A stretch of DNA of 64,000 nucleotides from Octopus sinensis (taxonomy: Eukaryota). The DNA lies in the NCBI RefSeq assembly GCF_006345805.1, contig NC_042997.1, positions 177,692,001-177,756,000 on the forward strand, given 5' to 3'. Positions within the stretch are counted from its first letter, which is position 1; each line of letters starts with the position of its first letter. This document shows, in pieces, positions 29,706 through 43,787 of this stretch. The notes below the pieces were generated by a model. That model saw nothing but the letters and a program-made list of their open reading frames with translations, did no database searches and was not told where the DNA came from. Both the position numbers and the translations under genes were made by a program.

Positions 29706-29990
29706 ATGTGTGTGTGTGTTTGTGTGTGTATGCGTGTGTGTAGGAAAGAAGCAAAGTACGTATGCATGTATGTATGTGTGTGTATATATATATATATATA
29801 TATAATATATATATATAATATAGGATAAAAATTTTATCAATGGCCAGCATATTAAAAAAATACCTTCAAAGGTTATATTTTTTAAACAACTTATAAACAA
29901 GGGCAAAAGAAAAAACTCCAAAGCCAAATATGCCGAAATATAGACTTAATCGTCAATAACCATATAATTATATGGTTTATAAGTTGTATA

Positions 29991-30033
<43 letters not shown>

Positions 30034-30659
30034 ATATAGTAATTTCATGCACTGGGGATATAGTGGTATTTACAATGATGTGCCACCCTTAATGCCTAAC
30101 TTTTTCCCCTTATATTTGTTCAGCTACCTTGTCCGATCAAAGAGTGCCGTTGTTGAATTTGCCTTTTATTTCTATGACACTCGTTAAAATACGTAGCTAA
30201 GATCTTATTAATCACAGTAAGAAAATCAATATTTCGATTCTTCTTGTTCTTTTTTCTTATATAACTGTATTAGTAAGATCAACATACGATAGCGGCACTT
30301 GAGCTGTGAGCTTTTGCAAAAATGATTTTAAAAACGGAATTACAGATGAAACAGGTGAGATTCAGATAACATTCGAAACAACAACTAGGTAAACCAACAG
30401 TGATATTAGAGAGAAGCACAATAATCCTTGAACCCGTGGCATAGAATTATAAACTGGTTATTAAGATAAATAGTTGACTTAGTATTCACTCGGTTTAACA
30501 TCACCAAATGGCATTTCGTACTTTTATAGGAGCATTTGAACCAGGAATTTGGTATATAGATATACAAAAAAAAGACTACAAACTTGGCTGCCTTGAATAT
30601 GAATGTCACTACAGCAATACGTGAATCGTGATGTCTTCCTCCCTTTTCATTGAAAACGT

Positions 30660-30675
30660 TACTACTACTACTACT

Positions 30676-30725
<50 letters not shown>

Positions 30726-30940
30726 CGACGACGATGATGATGACGACGACGATGATGACGATGACGATGATGACGATGATGATGATGACGATGATGACGA
30801 TGATGATGATGGTGTGATGATGATGATGATGATGATGATGATTATGGTGATGTTGATGACGACGATGATGACGATGACGATGATGACGATGATGACGATG
30901 ATGACGATGATGGTGGTGATGATGATGATGATGATGGTGG

Positions 30941-30999
<59 letters not shown>

Positions 31000-31020
31000 C
31001 AGCCGTCGCCGCCGCCACCA
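30660..31020. repeat. Compound (GAT/GAC/GGT)n triplet tract
   Basis: Direct reading. Confidence 0.95.
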
Positions 31021-31297
31021 TCATCAATATTTTCGTGTTTGAGTTGCTCTGACTTCCAACATCGACGGTCCGTGAAGTTGCATGCATTGTTATCCATTAA
31101 TTTCTACGAACAAATTTCGCTATTTTATTTGTGAATATTGTTTAACCATGTTCTCGAGAAAAGAGAGTTTAAAACACACCATATCTCCTTCCATTAAGGA
31201 AGACACAAACTATCTTCCCCGTTCTTTGTTGTCTGCGGACAAGTGCATTAAAACTGTCAGTTAATTTGATGTTTAATGATGGATGCATGGTGGAAGT

Positions 31298-31414
31298 CAA
31301 CCATGATAGCTGGCGTAGAGGTAACAACTCTCCGAAAAATTTTGACTGAAGCCAGAAAAACTTACCAGGCAAGTGCAGCTCTAGTGGTACTTCTACACCA
31401 GCTATCATGGCTTG
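31298..31414. mobile_element. Very small MITE-like element with ~25-bp TIRs
   Basis: ccatgatagctggcgtagaggta / tacttctacaccagctatcatgg. Confidence 0.6.
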
Positions 31415-31443
31415 TACATAAGTGTGTATACTCTGACGATAAC

Positions 31444-33751
31444 TATTTCTTTATTACCCACAAGGGGCTAAACATAGAGGGAACAAACAAGGACAGACAT
31501 AGGTATTAAGTCGATTACATCGACCCCAGTGCGTAACTGGTACTTAATTTATCGACCCCGAAAGGATGAAAGGCAAAGTCGACCTCGGTGGAATTTGAAC
31601 TCAGAACGTAACGGCAGACGAAATACGGCTACGCATTTCGCCCGGCGTACTAACGTTTCTGCCAGCTCGATAACATACGACTGTGATGAAGAGTAGCCGG
31701 AATAAACTTCTATGAATAACATAATCTTCAAGAATGAGGAGGAAATTAGGAGCAGCAAACCAGCCAAACGGTAGAGTAACAGCAGCAATTTCCTTCTCTG
31801 TTTTCAACGACAACGCTTTCTCATCTATTCCAGTCGTAAGGAGGGCGACAGGGACAAAAATAAGAACAGTAGCAGCAACAACGACAACGATTACTTTTTG
31901 TTTTTACCTTGAGCACAAGCCCAGTAAATTTGAGGAAAGAAGGAAGTCGATTACACCGAGCCCTGTGCTCCACAGGTACTTATTTCATCGACCATGAAAG
32001 AACGAAGGACAAAGTCAACCTGATGGTGTTTGAACTCAGAGTGTTAAGAGCCGGAAGAAATTCTGCTAAGTATTTTGTCCGTCGTACTAACGATTCTTAT
32101 TTCTTTACTGCCCACAAGAGAAAGGACAAACAAAGACCGACAAACGGATTAAGTCGATTATATCGTGGTACTTATTTAATCGACCCCGAAAGGATGAAAG
32201 GCAAATTCGACCTCGGCGGAATTTGAACTCAGAACGTAAGGGCAGACGAAATACCTATTTCTTTACTACCCACAAGGGGCTAAACACAGAGGGAACAAAC
32301 AAGGACAGACAAACGGATTAAGTCGATTATATCGACCCAGTGCGTAACTGGTACGTATTTAATCGACCCCGGAGGGATGAAAGGCAAAGTCGACCTCGGC
32401 AGAATTTGAACTCAGAACCTAACGGCAGACGAAATACCGCGAAGCATTTCGCCCGGCGTGCTAACGTTTCTGCCAGCTCGCCGCCTTTTCGATAATAAAA
32501 CTTTCTACTATAGGCACCACGCATGAAATTCTGGGGAGTAGGATAGTCGATTACATAGATCCCAGGATTCAAGTGTTACTTATTTTATTCACGACAAAAG
32601 TGTGAAAGACAACGCCGACCTCGGCAGAATTTGAACTCAGAGCATGAAGGAGGACGAATTACTATTAAGCATTTCACCCAGCGTGCTAACGATTCTGCCA
32701 GCTCGCCGCCTTCTTTTCGACAATAATAATGGTTTCAAATTTTACCACAACGGCCGCAATTTTGAGGGAGGGTGATGAGTCGATTACATCGACCTCAGTG
32801 TTAAACTGGTACTTACTTTATAGACCCCGAAAGGATGAAAGACAAAGTCGATCTCGGCGAAATTTGAACTCAGAACGAAGCAGCAGACGAAATACCACTA
32901 AGCATTTCGTCCAGCGCTTCCTCTACAGTAATTGGCATTATTGCCTCAAACAGCAATACAACATCAACAACAGTCGCAGCAAGGTGGCTGCTGGGTCTAG
33001 CTAGTTCGCAAGTGTGATAAAACGAACAGAATGGTCGAAGTTCCAAAAAGAAGAACTGAGGGAGAAATCTAGGGTGCCGTTCGAAATCAAGAAAGAAAAA
33101 GTCACCTTGATCGTTCTAAAGCAGATTTTGGAAAATTCTGGGAGATGTGGAATGAGAAAATTTCCTTACTCCTAGGATGGTGTTCGTCATATTCTCTCTG
33201 AGTATAAGGTACTTTACCTATTTCTTTACTACCCACAAGGGGGCTAAACACAGAGAAGACAAACAAGGACAGACAGACACACGGATTAAGTCGATTATAT
33301 CGACCTCGGTGCGTAACTGGTACTTAATTTATCGACCCAAAAGGATGAAAGGCAAAGTCAACCTCGGCGGAATTTGAACTCAGAACGTAACGGCAGACGA
33401 AATACGGCTGCACATTTCGCCCGGCGTGCTAACGTTTCTGTCAACTCGACGCCTTCTCTGAGAATAAAGTACTTTACCACCCCAGTCAATAATGAAGAAC
33501 TCGTCTTCATCCCACAATATATATTTCATTACTACCCACAAGGGGCTAAACACAGACGGGACAAACAAGGACAGACAAACGGATTAAGTCGATTACATCG
33601 ACCCCAGTGAACTGGTACTTAATTTATCGACCTCGAAAGGATGAAAGGCAAAGTCGACCTCGGCGGAATTTGAACTCAGAACGTAGCGGCAGACAAAATA
33701 CCGCTAAGCATTTCGCCCGGCGTGCTAACGTTTCTGCCAGCTCGCCGTCTT
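31444..33751 (-). mobile_element. Cluster of about eight co-oriented SINE family A copies
   Basis: Copies at about 31444, 31910, 32098, 32256, 32500, 32730, 33219 and 33522, all on the minus strand. Confidence 0.9.
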
Positions 33752-35284
33752 CTCTGAGTATCAGGTACTTTACCACCCCAGTCAATAATGAAGAACTCGT
33801 CTTCATCCCACAATATATTTTCTTTCACTCCTACGAGCTTGACAAATTGAACACCAGTCAGATACTGGAGCCGATATAATTTATTATAATTCCTTGTAGT
33901 TTCGGGAATGTACAGGAAATCATTGTTGTTGTTTTTACAGTAACATAGTCTACATTATTGCTACTTGTGTATCTTTCCTTCAGACTTTAAAAAGCTTTTT
34001 AATTTTATCTCATTTTATTTATTAATTTAGAGAATATAACGGGCAACAGAAATTACAAGGTTTCATGTTTTTTTTTTTTTTCTTTTCATATTTTTCTTTT
34101 TCTTGTCTTTTTCTCTCTTTCTTTATTTTTTTAAAGCAATATTTTCAATAATATTCTTCAAAGTAAGACCGAAAGAAAAAAAAATGAATTTTAAAAAAAT
34201 CTTTGAAACAATGAAAACAAAACAAAGAATAATAAACAACAAATGCATCTTCAGAAAAGAATATTTCATTGTTTTTGTTGTTATTTAATTCAGAGCCAAA
34301 TTCGCTATCGGTTTTGCGATTACGATCAATTTTCAAAGATAGATTAGTTTCTCAGCAAATATTCGACCAGTTCAATAAGTTCATTTCATCAATGTTAACA
34401 TTTTTTTTTGTTTTATTATTTATTTATTGTGATTTTTCAAAAGATAAATTGAATTTTTTTAAACATTGTTTCGATGACTGAAGGAAAAAAAACAAAAAAA
34501 AACAACAACAACAAATACAAAAATCCAAAGGAATCCGGTGCGTTCCTGATAGAAAATATTTTCTGGAGGAGCGTTTGTTTAAACTATTATACCAATTCGT
34601 TTAAACTATGTTTAATAACAATGGATTCATCTTTCATTTAGTCATTCATTCATTCCATTCTTTTCATGTAATTCATTACCACAAACGCATTAAAAATTTT
34701 CATTCCACCTCTTATCCGGTTGTTCTCCGCGAAGTTCAAGGCAAATTCATAATATTGCTTTTGACGTTGCTTATGATTTTTTTTTCATTCCATTTCCATA
34801 TCCGGCATTCTTAGACAATTTATTTTCAGATGTTAACAGTAATATTCTTCAAATAAATGATGTACTAGAATCAAATCTAGAGAACACTGGACGCTATAAT
34901 AAAACGCCCACAAAATCCTGATAGAACAGTTTTTTTCTTAAATCTCTCTTACTCAATTATTTCACTGTTCTTATTGTGTAGGCATAGGAAAGTTGTGTTG
35001 GTAAAGATTCAAAAGAGGAGTGAAAGAATAGATACCTTTCGTATACCATTCGAGAAATCACAGGTTCTGGAATTGTTGTCCTGATAAACGACATATCCTT
35101 ACCAGACTGGCATGTAATTGCTAATGTTATTGTTATTATTATTATTATTGTTGTTGTTGTTGTTGTTGTTGTATTTAGGAATGGTCATTTTGCCAGTTTA
35201 GCCAATAAAAACACACGCACTATATATTTGGTGTTACTTTGCTTCAGCGTTATTTATTTTTTACATTAATCTTAATCTTATTTC

Positions 35285-35328
35285 GGCCAGAGTTCTTTCG
35301 TCACACTCCTGTGACTGCATCAGTGGTC
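35285..35328 (-). ncRNA. Hammerhead-like variant in a Penelope-like terminal fragment (~35170-35500)
   Basis: Reverse complement gacca-CTGATG(c)A-gtcac(aggagt)gtgac-GAAA-gaac-TC-tggcc; one extra base in the core. Confidence 0.5.
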
Positions 35329-35516
35329 CTTTGCTTTCTTCTTTCTTACTAACGGTCAGCCATTTTGTATTTTGTATTTCTATTGTATGTGTCTTCATTT
35401 GCGCATGCGTATACCTCTATGTGTGTCTATGTTTAGTTAGTGTGTGTGGGGGGAAGTGCCTGTAATATTTGCATCTCCTGTTTATATACGTTCGTGTATT
35501 ATTATCATTATTATTA

Positions 35517-35566
<50 letters not shown>

Positions 35567-35568
<2 letters not shown>

Positions 35569-36090
35569 GGCAGTGAGCTAGCAAAATCGTTAGCCCAGCG
35601 GACAAAACAACTGACAGCATTTCGTCCGTCTTTACGGTCTGAGTTCAAATTCTGCCGAAGTCGTCTTTGACTTTCATCTTTCGGTGTCGATAAAATGAGT
35701 ACCCGTTGAATACTGAAGTCGATGTAATCGACAAGTCCCCTACCTTTAAATTACAAGTCTTGTGCCTATAGTAGAAAGAATTGATATTATTCTTAAGGAA
35801 TCAAGCTCGCAGAATTGTTAGAGTGCTGGGGGGAATGCTGTGCTGCATTTCTCCAGGCTCTGAGTTCAAATGTAGAAAGAATTATCATTATTATTCTTGA
35901 GGCAGCGAGCTGGCAGAATCGTTAGAGAATCGGAAAAAAATCAAGTAGTATTTCTTCCGTCTTTTCCTTTCATCCATCCAGGGTCGATAAAATAAATTAC
36001 CATTTGAGCACTAATCAACCAGTAGATCTAATCAACCAGTCCACTTTCTTGAAAAAATTGCTGGCCTTGTACCAAAATGTGAACCCATTA
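35567..36090 (+). mobile_element. Tandem SINE family A copies (ATT-tailed)
   Basis: Heads at ~35567, ~35795 (deleted copy) and ~35900. Confidence 0.8.
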
Positions 36091-37544
36091 TTATTATCGT
36101 TGCTGTTTTGCCTGTAGGTCGTCAGCTCAAATCGAACAAGTCTATAGTCAAAGGCATTCCATTCGTTAACATCTTGTCTATTTGTATATCTAGAATTCCA
36201 TTTTGCAACATTATTTTATTTTAATACAGTCGGATATTATTTTGGGAATTTGGGTTTTTTTTTTGCAGGCTGAAATCGGAGACTACAGTTCTTTGACCTT
36301 TTTAATGCTCTACCAAAACTTAGTAAATAAAGATATAATTAAAAACTTCCATAACTCCTATAGAGAATTACTGTTGCAGCAATAATGCAAAATATGATGG
36401 CGGAATCGTTAGTGCCGGGTGAAGCATCTTGTAGAATGTTTTCCAGATTTTTTAAAATCTGAGCTCAACTATACTTTCTATCCCTCAGGGGTCGGTAAAT
36501 GAGAGCATCAGATAAATCCTAGAGTTGATATAATCTTGTTTCCTTCTTTCCGAATTTCGAATTTCTCACCTTATGCCTAAGTCAGAAACAATAAATATAC
36601 ACAAGGCCATAGATTTTGGTCAGGAAGAGCGGATAGTTAGGTCCTAGTAGTAAATCTATCGATATCGAGAGAATAAAGGCTAGTAAACTGAGCAGGTTTG
36701 GAAATAAGCAAGTAAAGGGGTTAAAGATAATAACTGCTGCGTCTCCGACGTTAGACTAAGATCTTTGATAAAATCTTAGGTCGTATTTCTTTGTCCTTTC
36801 CTGTAGTCCTATCAAAATCTGTTGCTTTAACATGAGCGTTCCGTCAAAAAGAAAATCCTTTTTTCTATGCCCAAACGTATCTAATCTCTCTGGAATGGTA
36901 TCTTATTAGAATAAAAACACCACTTTCTTTCGCATATACACAAAGACACTGTATTTTATGAGATAATGAAATCAAACATTCTGCTGTTCGTGTTTCCCCC
37001 AAGGGATACTAACTGCTATTGTGAAGAGAACTAGCCTCAAACAGAAATCGAATATTTATATCGCGCTTTGTTTGCCTTATATTTTAGATTAGAAGCTTAA
37101 GTGGGGTTTCTAACATTCTTTCTTTTCCGAAAAGGCAATTTGTTTTTAAAGTGGAGTGAATTGTTTCCATCGGGAATGGCCTAAAAGCATTCTCTCTATA
37201 ATACAAATATTGATTTTTTTTATTCCGACACAAGCCTACAAAAGAAGGGGTATACAGTCGATTGAATTGACACCAATACATCCATTACTAAAGATAAAAT
37301 GGAAATCTCTCCGATGAGATTTGAATCCAGAGCATAAAGGGATGTAACTTTATACCGTAAGGCATTTAATCTGGCATTCTGCTACATCTACCAAATAGAT
37401 GTAGCAGTCGTTGTAGAAGTAATAGTACGGAGCACTATTACTTTTACTACCTGGACCCGTGAAAAATTCACGGAAAACAAAAAATGTAAGCATCTATAAA
37501 CAGTGTACTGGTGCCATGAGAAATGTTTGCATATTATGACCGTC

Positions 37545-37685
37545 TGTCTTTATGTTCTGAGTTCAAATTCTTCCGAGGTCGACTTTGCCTTTCGTCCTTT
37601 CGCGGTCGATAAATTAAGTACCAGTTGTGTACTGGGGTTGATCTAATCAACTGGCCCCCTCCCCACAAAAATTTCAGGCCTAGAA
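37545..37685 (+). mobile_element. SINE family A, 5'-truncated
   Basis: gttctgagttcaaattc...gtcgataaattaagtaccagttg. Confidence 0.8.
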
Positions 37686-37859
37686 AAGTATATTGTGACA
37701 GTTACAGAATATAGAAAGTAACGTAACACCAATGACTATATAATCCGACCAAAATATCTCAGTTACACAAACGTAAACAGATTTACTATTTAACCTTAGA
37801 ATACATCGTACATATTCAAAGAACCTTCTTGGTTTAGTGGTACGAAACGTTTTTCTGGT

Positions 37860-38060
37860 ATTCTTTTATTCTTTTAGTTGTTTCAGTCATGCTGGAGCAC
37901 CACCCTTTAGTCGAAGAAATTGACCCCTGGATTTATTCCCTGTAAGCCTGGTGCTTATTCTATCAGTCTCTTTTGCTGAACAGCTAAATTACAGGAACGC
38001 AAACGCACCAACATCGGTTGTCAAGCAATGGTGGTGGTGAAACAAACACAGACAAACACA
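37860..38060 (-). mobile_element. SINE family C, 3' half
   Basis: tttcagtcatgctggagcacc...ggttgtcaagc. Confidence 0.75.
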
Positions 38061-38299
38061 CACGCCACACATACATGCATACATGCATACATACATACAA
38101 ACATACATGCATTCATTCATACATAGATACATACATACATACATACACACACCCACACATACATATATACATTAATATATACATACATACATACATACAC
38201 ACATGCATAAATATATATGACGGGCTTGGAGGTAGTGGTGATGCTGGCTGGTGCGATTATGACAACTTAATGATTTCCTATACTATATATATATATATA

Positions 38300-39475
38300 T
38301 ACGTAGAAGGTTGAAAAGGAACACACGAGTTGATATATATGGAAAAATAAGTCAAGGTAGAAAATGCTAAAATAATTTTATAAAAAACATTTCAGTAGCG
38401 GTTTCAGTCATTGAGACTTTTTCAACTGTAAATATGGAGAACAATTAAATTTTGGAAAAATTAAAAGAAAAGTTTTTTTTAAAGAATATTTGCATAGTAT
38501 TCAAATACAAGGGGTATTTTCCTTGTTTCTGCCTGTCTCTGTCTCTCTTGTTTACTTTTGTGGGTTCGGGGTCGTTGTGAATTCTTGGCAGGGAAGAAGA
38601 AGAAGAAGAAGAAGAAGAAGAAGAAGAGAAGAAGAAGAAGAAGAAGAAGAAGAAGAAGAAGAAGAAGAAAAGAAGAAGAAGAAGAAGAATGTGGGAGTTC
38701 CATGATAGTAGTAGGATGTTGAATGATCGAGTGCCCTGAAAGTGACTTGCAGATGGTAGTAGTGATTGAATTCTTGAGACATCTCTTTTAAATATATTGT
38801 TTATAAAATTTGCGTAGGTGTTATTCTAAACAGCAATAGCAGTATAGTTAGGAAGGAGGTGGCAGAGAGGAAGAAGACGAAGAAGGAAAAAAAGGAAGAA
38901 TAAGAAGGGAATGTAGGTGGTATGATAGTTGTAAGATGTTAAATGGTCAAGTGACCTAAAAGTGTCTCGTTATGGATTATAGCAGTGATTGGGACTGTTA
39001 TTTAATGAAATCTTGGGAATCTCTTGAGTGTATCATTTTTAATATTTGCGTGTGTGTTTGTGTTATTCTAAGGCCGTGATAGATATGTCGTTTGCTGTAG
39101 ATGCGTTCAAAAGGGGTCTGTATTTTGTAATAAAGAGAGTCTCTTTATTAATTTGTTGGCAGCAGGTTGTATCGTGCCTGAATTGGTAGAGGGGAAAAAT
39201 TCTGAAGCTTGGATTTTTGTTATTGGCGCAAATGTCGATGTGTGTGTTGGCTGAATGCTATTTTTTCTGTTTTGGGGAATTTTGATCTGGGATCTGTGCA
39301 GAGCCATCCTTTTACGCAGACTGTTTTTTGTTTGGCCTATGTATTGCTCTTGACACCCAGAGCAGGTTAGTGCGAATATCAGTTTCTCCGAAGCACATGT
39401 GAAGCTGCTTTTCACTGTGAAACGTTGTCCCTGTTTGAAGGAAAACTCTGATCCCTCAATTAAATTGATGCATAT
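38300..39475 (-). mobile_element. 5'-truncated Penelope-like retroelement (GIY-YIG C-terminus, 3' UTR, hammerhead)
   Basis: FTCASEKLIFALTCSGCQEQYIGQTKNSLRKRMALHRSQI, then after a frameshift HIDICANNKNPSFRIFPLYQF...KETLFITKYRPLLN; hammerhead on the same strand at 38389-38433; ends at (TA)n. Confidence 0.88.
38389..38433 (-). ncRNA. Minimal hammerhead ribozyme, U3-A8 core variant, slightly decayed
   Basis: Reverse complement atttacag-TTGAAAA-agtc(tcaat)gact-GAAA-ccgc-TA-ctg.aaat. Confidence 0.65.
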
Positions 39476-39574
39476 CAAGAGCAATACTGGTTCCCCGATC
39501 TTAAAGTGTAGTGTGGGTGTGTAATGATGGAGCGGCTGGTGCGCTGTTGATGCTAGCTGGTGCGGTGGTCTTCC

Positions 39575-39855
39575 TCACAGTACTGTGTGGTAGACAATAT
39601 TTTGTGTGTATGTCATACCACGTTTTTGGCCTTGTCTGTTATCCTAATCGAGTGTCATAACTCTTACTTTGATATTGTTCGTAGCACGTCCTCTTGAAAA
39701 TGCGACATATAATTAGCCATGAGAAAATACCGGTTTTCAAATGTTTGCCCTTGAGCCTTATTAATTGTCATTAAATATGCAAGTCGAAGTGGAAACTGAA
39801 GTCTGCTTAGTGTGAATATTTGCATCACTTGGAAAAGTTTAACTCTGGGAAGTTT
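39575..39855 (-). pseudogene. Helitron RepHel PIF1-type helicase, C-terminal fragment
   Basis: LSRLQFPLRLAYLMTINKAQGQTF...PVFSHG*LYVAFSRGR...YTQNIVYHTVL*. Confidence 0.88.
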
Positions 39856-40235
39856 CTTTCCATTTCTTCAGGCGTGCAGTTGTTGAAAATTTCTAGGTAT
39901 AAATGTACAAATTGAAATGCAAAAGAACGTAATAATAAATGGATTTATGAATGAAAGTTTGGTAATTGCTTTTATTTCCACCACGGGACACTTATTTTTG
40001 CAAACATATTTTAACTCTTATTCCTTTGATATCATCTAGATAACAAATACCTACCGAGCGACAGCCAATCACCTAGGGTAGGTATTATAGAGTAATGTTA
40101 TCGTTCAACCCAGCTCCCGTTTCTGTTGGGTTTTCATTCTTGGTTTAAAAAAAATAAAACAAAAAACCCAAAGGTTTTCAGATTATAGGTTACAAAAACA
40201 TTATTATTAGTAGTAGTATCATCATCATCATCATC

Positions 40236-40347
<112 letters not shown>

Positions 40348-41279
40348 TACGTTGTTGTATCTATCTTTGGTACAAAGCCAAATTTGAAGTGTGAATAAAG
40401 TCGATTTAATCGACTTTAAGCCATAGATGGTAATTTCTTAAAATCAATAGGTGAAAATCTAAATTCAGAACATAAGGAGTACATAACTATGCACCTTTAA
40501 GCATTTATTTCGGTGCTGTAACTACCGTTTCTATTGGCAGAAATAGAAGTTTGGTGTGTTATGAGATAATGTAAAATACCAAACGGTATTACGTAGGTAT
40601 GTGAAGTGAAGCGATTTCAACCGTGGCTTCTGACCGTTTCAAGATCTCAGGTTACCGAGATTGTCGTCTCTTCGACTTTGTTACACAGCGTTCAACACAA
40701 TATAAATAACCGAGGGGAAGTTCTTAAACAGCCAGTCGAAATAACGAGGGAGCTCCACACGCATTTGAAACAAAGAAGTCCCCTATAAATTTGAGACGAT
40801 GATGGAGTTGCCTAAGCACTTATTTAAGAGAAAAAACGAAGCCCTCGAGTGCTCATTCGAGATGAGGATAACATCTACTCGTTCAGTCGCGCCAAACAAT
40901 CTAGCAAGGGAAATCCCTTAGCATTCACTATAAACAACGAAGCAAGCCTCCCAGCATGAGACAACTGATCACAACGATGAGGAAAACCCTAAGTTGTTGC
41001 TCGAGACATGGAGGGAACTATCAAATCCTTTAGCAGTTTATCTGGTATATTTACAACGATAATGTGAAGTCTACCAAACATATTGACATTATAATATGCA
41101 GTCTTCGTGACATATTTACTCTATAATTTGCAGTCTATTTGAGATATTTACACAACAGGATAATAAAAAAAATTGCGCCATAGAATTTACAAATGATCAT
41201 CGTATAAAACAAAACATAGTGCCACTGTCATTTCTTGTAGGGGCTCTAAAACGGAAATTTGAGAATCGAGAACTGTCAG

Positions 41280-42435
41280 CTATATTAACTTTACTCTTGA
41301 GAAGATGAAAGGTAAAGCTGGCCTCGAATCAATTTGAACTCAATATATACAGAACCATAACGATTAGTGCAAGATATTTTGCCTAACACTCTAACGATTG
41401 CGACAATCCACCAATAAAGTAATTCTTTCTAATGTAGGCACAAGGCAAACAATTTTGAGGAGATGGGATTAGTGGAACTCATCGACCACAGTTCTTGAAT
41501 GGTACTTTATTTTATCACTCTCCAAAAGGACGAAAGGTAAAACTGATCTTGGTAGGATTTGAATTAGAACGTAAAGAACTGGAACAAATATCGCAAAGCG
41601 TCTCTGCCGATGCTCTAACGATTTCATCAATACACTATAATAACAATTGTTTCTAACATAGACACTATGCCAGAATTATGGAAAAGGAATAGCTGGTTAT
41701 ATAGACCGCTGTACTTCGATGATATTTTATCACGCTTCCCCTATTCCGATGAATGAAAGGCAAAATTAACCTCCACGATATTGGAGTTTAAAATGTAAAG
41801 AATCGCAACAAATACCACAAAATATTTTGTTCGATGATTTAATAAGTCTGCCACACTGTCACCCTCAAAATTGATTCCAGTACTTGATTGGTACTTTACT
41901 TTTATCGATCCAGAAAAGATTGAAAGGAAAGTTTAACTTCGGAGGGATTTGAACTCGGTGACCTGCATTATAATCCTTTCTAATTTTGGTACATGGTCAG
42001 CAATTTTTCAGGGGAAGGACAAGTTGATTACGTCAACCGTAGTACTTGACTTTCATCGACCCCCGGAAGGACAAAAAGGAACGCTGACCTCGGCGGTATT
42101 TGAACTAAGAACGTAAAAGAAAATGGAAGAAACGCCGCTTAGCATTTTGTCCGACGGTCAAACGATTCTGTCAGCTTGCGACCATATCACATTTATTGTT
42201 ATACACTAGAGTATAAGATCTTGAATACTAAGTAGAATATAAGGCGACGAGCTGGAAGAATCGTTTAGCATGCCATATCCGTCTTTAAGTTTTGAGTTTA
42301 AATTCTGCCGAGGTTGACTTTGTCTTTCATCCTTTCGGACTCGATAAAATAAGGACCAGTTGAGTACTGGAATTGATGTATTCGGTTTACCCGCTCCTCC
42401 GAAATTGCTGGCCTTGTGCCAAAAATTTGAAACCC
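41280..42435. mobile_element. Cluster of old SINE family A relics (minus strand) plus one plus-strand copy at 42241-42435
   Basis: Repeated degenerate gaaaggcaaa...gaatttgaactc motifs. Confidence 0.65.
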
Positions 42436-43006
42436 CTATTACGCAGGATATTTTTCTTACACTGTTGAATAATCCAATGACCAAGCACTTTTTCATCCTG
42501 TGAAAAACATGCTACATAATATTAACAACATTAATATTAATCCTTTTATTATTTACATTTAAACCCTTGCACTAGAGTTCCGTTGACTACAGATACTGCA
42601 GTAGACTGCTTGCTGTAGTAGCACTATTATAGCAACAACCAAATATCAATTAAGCTGTATTATTAAAATTGAATAATGTCCAGAATGTAACAATAGAGTA
42701 CTAATTTAATAGCGCACTGCAGGACGCATGAGAACTCATTAGCGAAGTGAGTATAGATAATATATGCGAAATTCCCTTGGGAGTAGGAACTTAAATTGGA
42801 TGATTAAATATATATTCAGTCATACCAAATTAATTAACCTAATAAAAAGACATATCAGGATATCTAAATTATGATTGAAACAATGATTATAAAGTCCGTT
42901 TAGCTTTAAATTATATATAAAAACATTTATTTTATATTTTGTTACAATTTTGAAAGGTTTTTATTTACACATTTTTCAAATAGCTTTATTGTTTTGCTAT
43001 GAATAC

Positions 43007-43068
<62 letters not shown>

Positions 43069-43389
43069 ATATCTTTTATATTATATATATATATATATAT
43101 ATACATACATACATACTACATACATACATACATACACACAACATACATACATACATGCATACATACATACATACATACATACATACATACATACATACAT
43201 ACATACATACGTACGTATGTTTGTATGTATGAATGTATGTGTGGATTGCCGCAATCTTTAGAGGGTAACGGTAGTAGCGACAGCGACAGAAACACCAATA
43301 CTGACGCCAACGACCCGAACACCAGCAGCAACAACATCTCCAGGCCTGGAACCAACCGAATTTGCGACAAAAGAGTGAACAGAACCAAC

Positions 43390-43720
43390 ACTCAAATTCG
43401 GAAATATATCGGGTCAGCCGGGACTGCTGCGCCGTCTGTACAACAACAGGTCCTCTTTCAGGATTCTGGAAAGACGTTTCGTCACATCCTTGGCAAGCCG
43501 TGTGTACCGCCGCAAAGATGAAGGGGCCCCATACAACATCAAGTGGTGGATTATAGAGCGGTCGGAATCCTATATCAACAGGAGCGAACGCCGCAAGTTT
43601 TGCATACCTAAGCGAGCAAGGATCCTCAAATACTCCCTGAAATCAGGATTACTGAATTCACAGCAAGAAATTTACAGTCCCTACAACCATTTCAAACGTT
43701 ACTGCTGCAATCACGTTTAG
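43390..43720 (+). pseudogene. Penelope-like (Neptune-type) GIY-YIG endonuclease, C-terminal fragment
   Basis: KYIGS / [62 protein letters not shown]. Confidence 0.8.
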
Positions 43721-43787
43721 CAATTACGTTTAGAAAAGTATTATCATCAAGAGATTAGAAGTTATTCATTGTCCTTAGAGTTGCATG

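Noticed and set aside
37379-37407. Perfect 12-bp hairpin ctgctacatcta/tagatgtagcag
   Set aside because: Isolated micro-inversion at the edge of a decayed SINE; too short to interpret.
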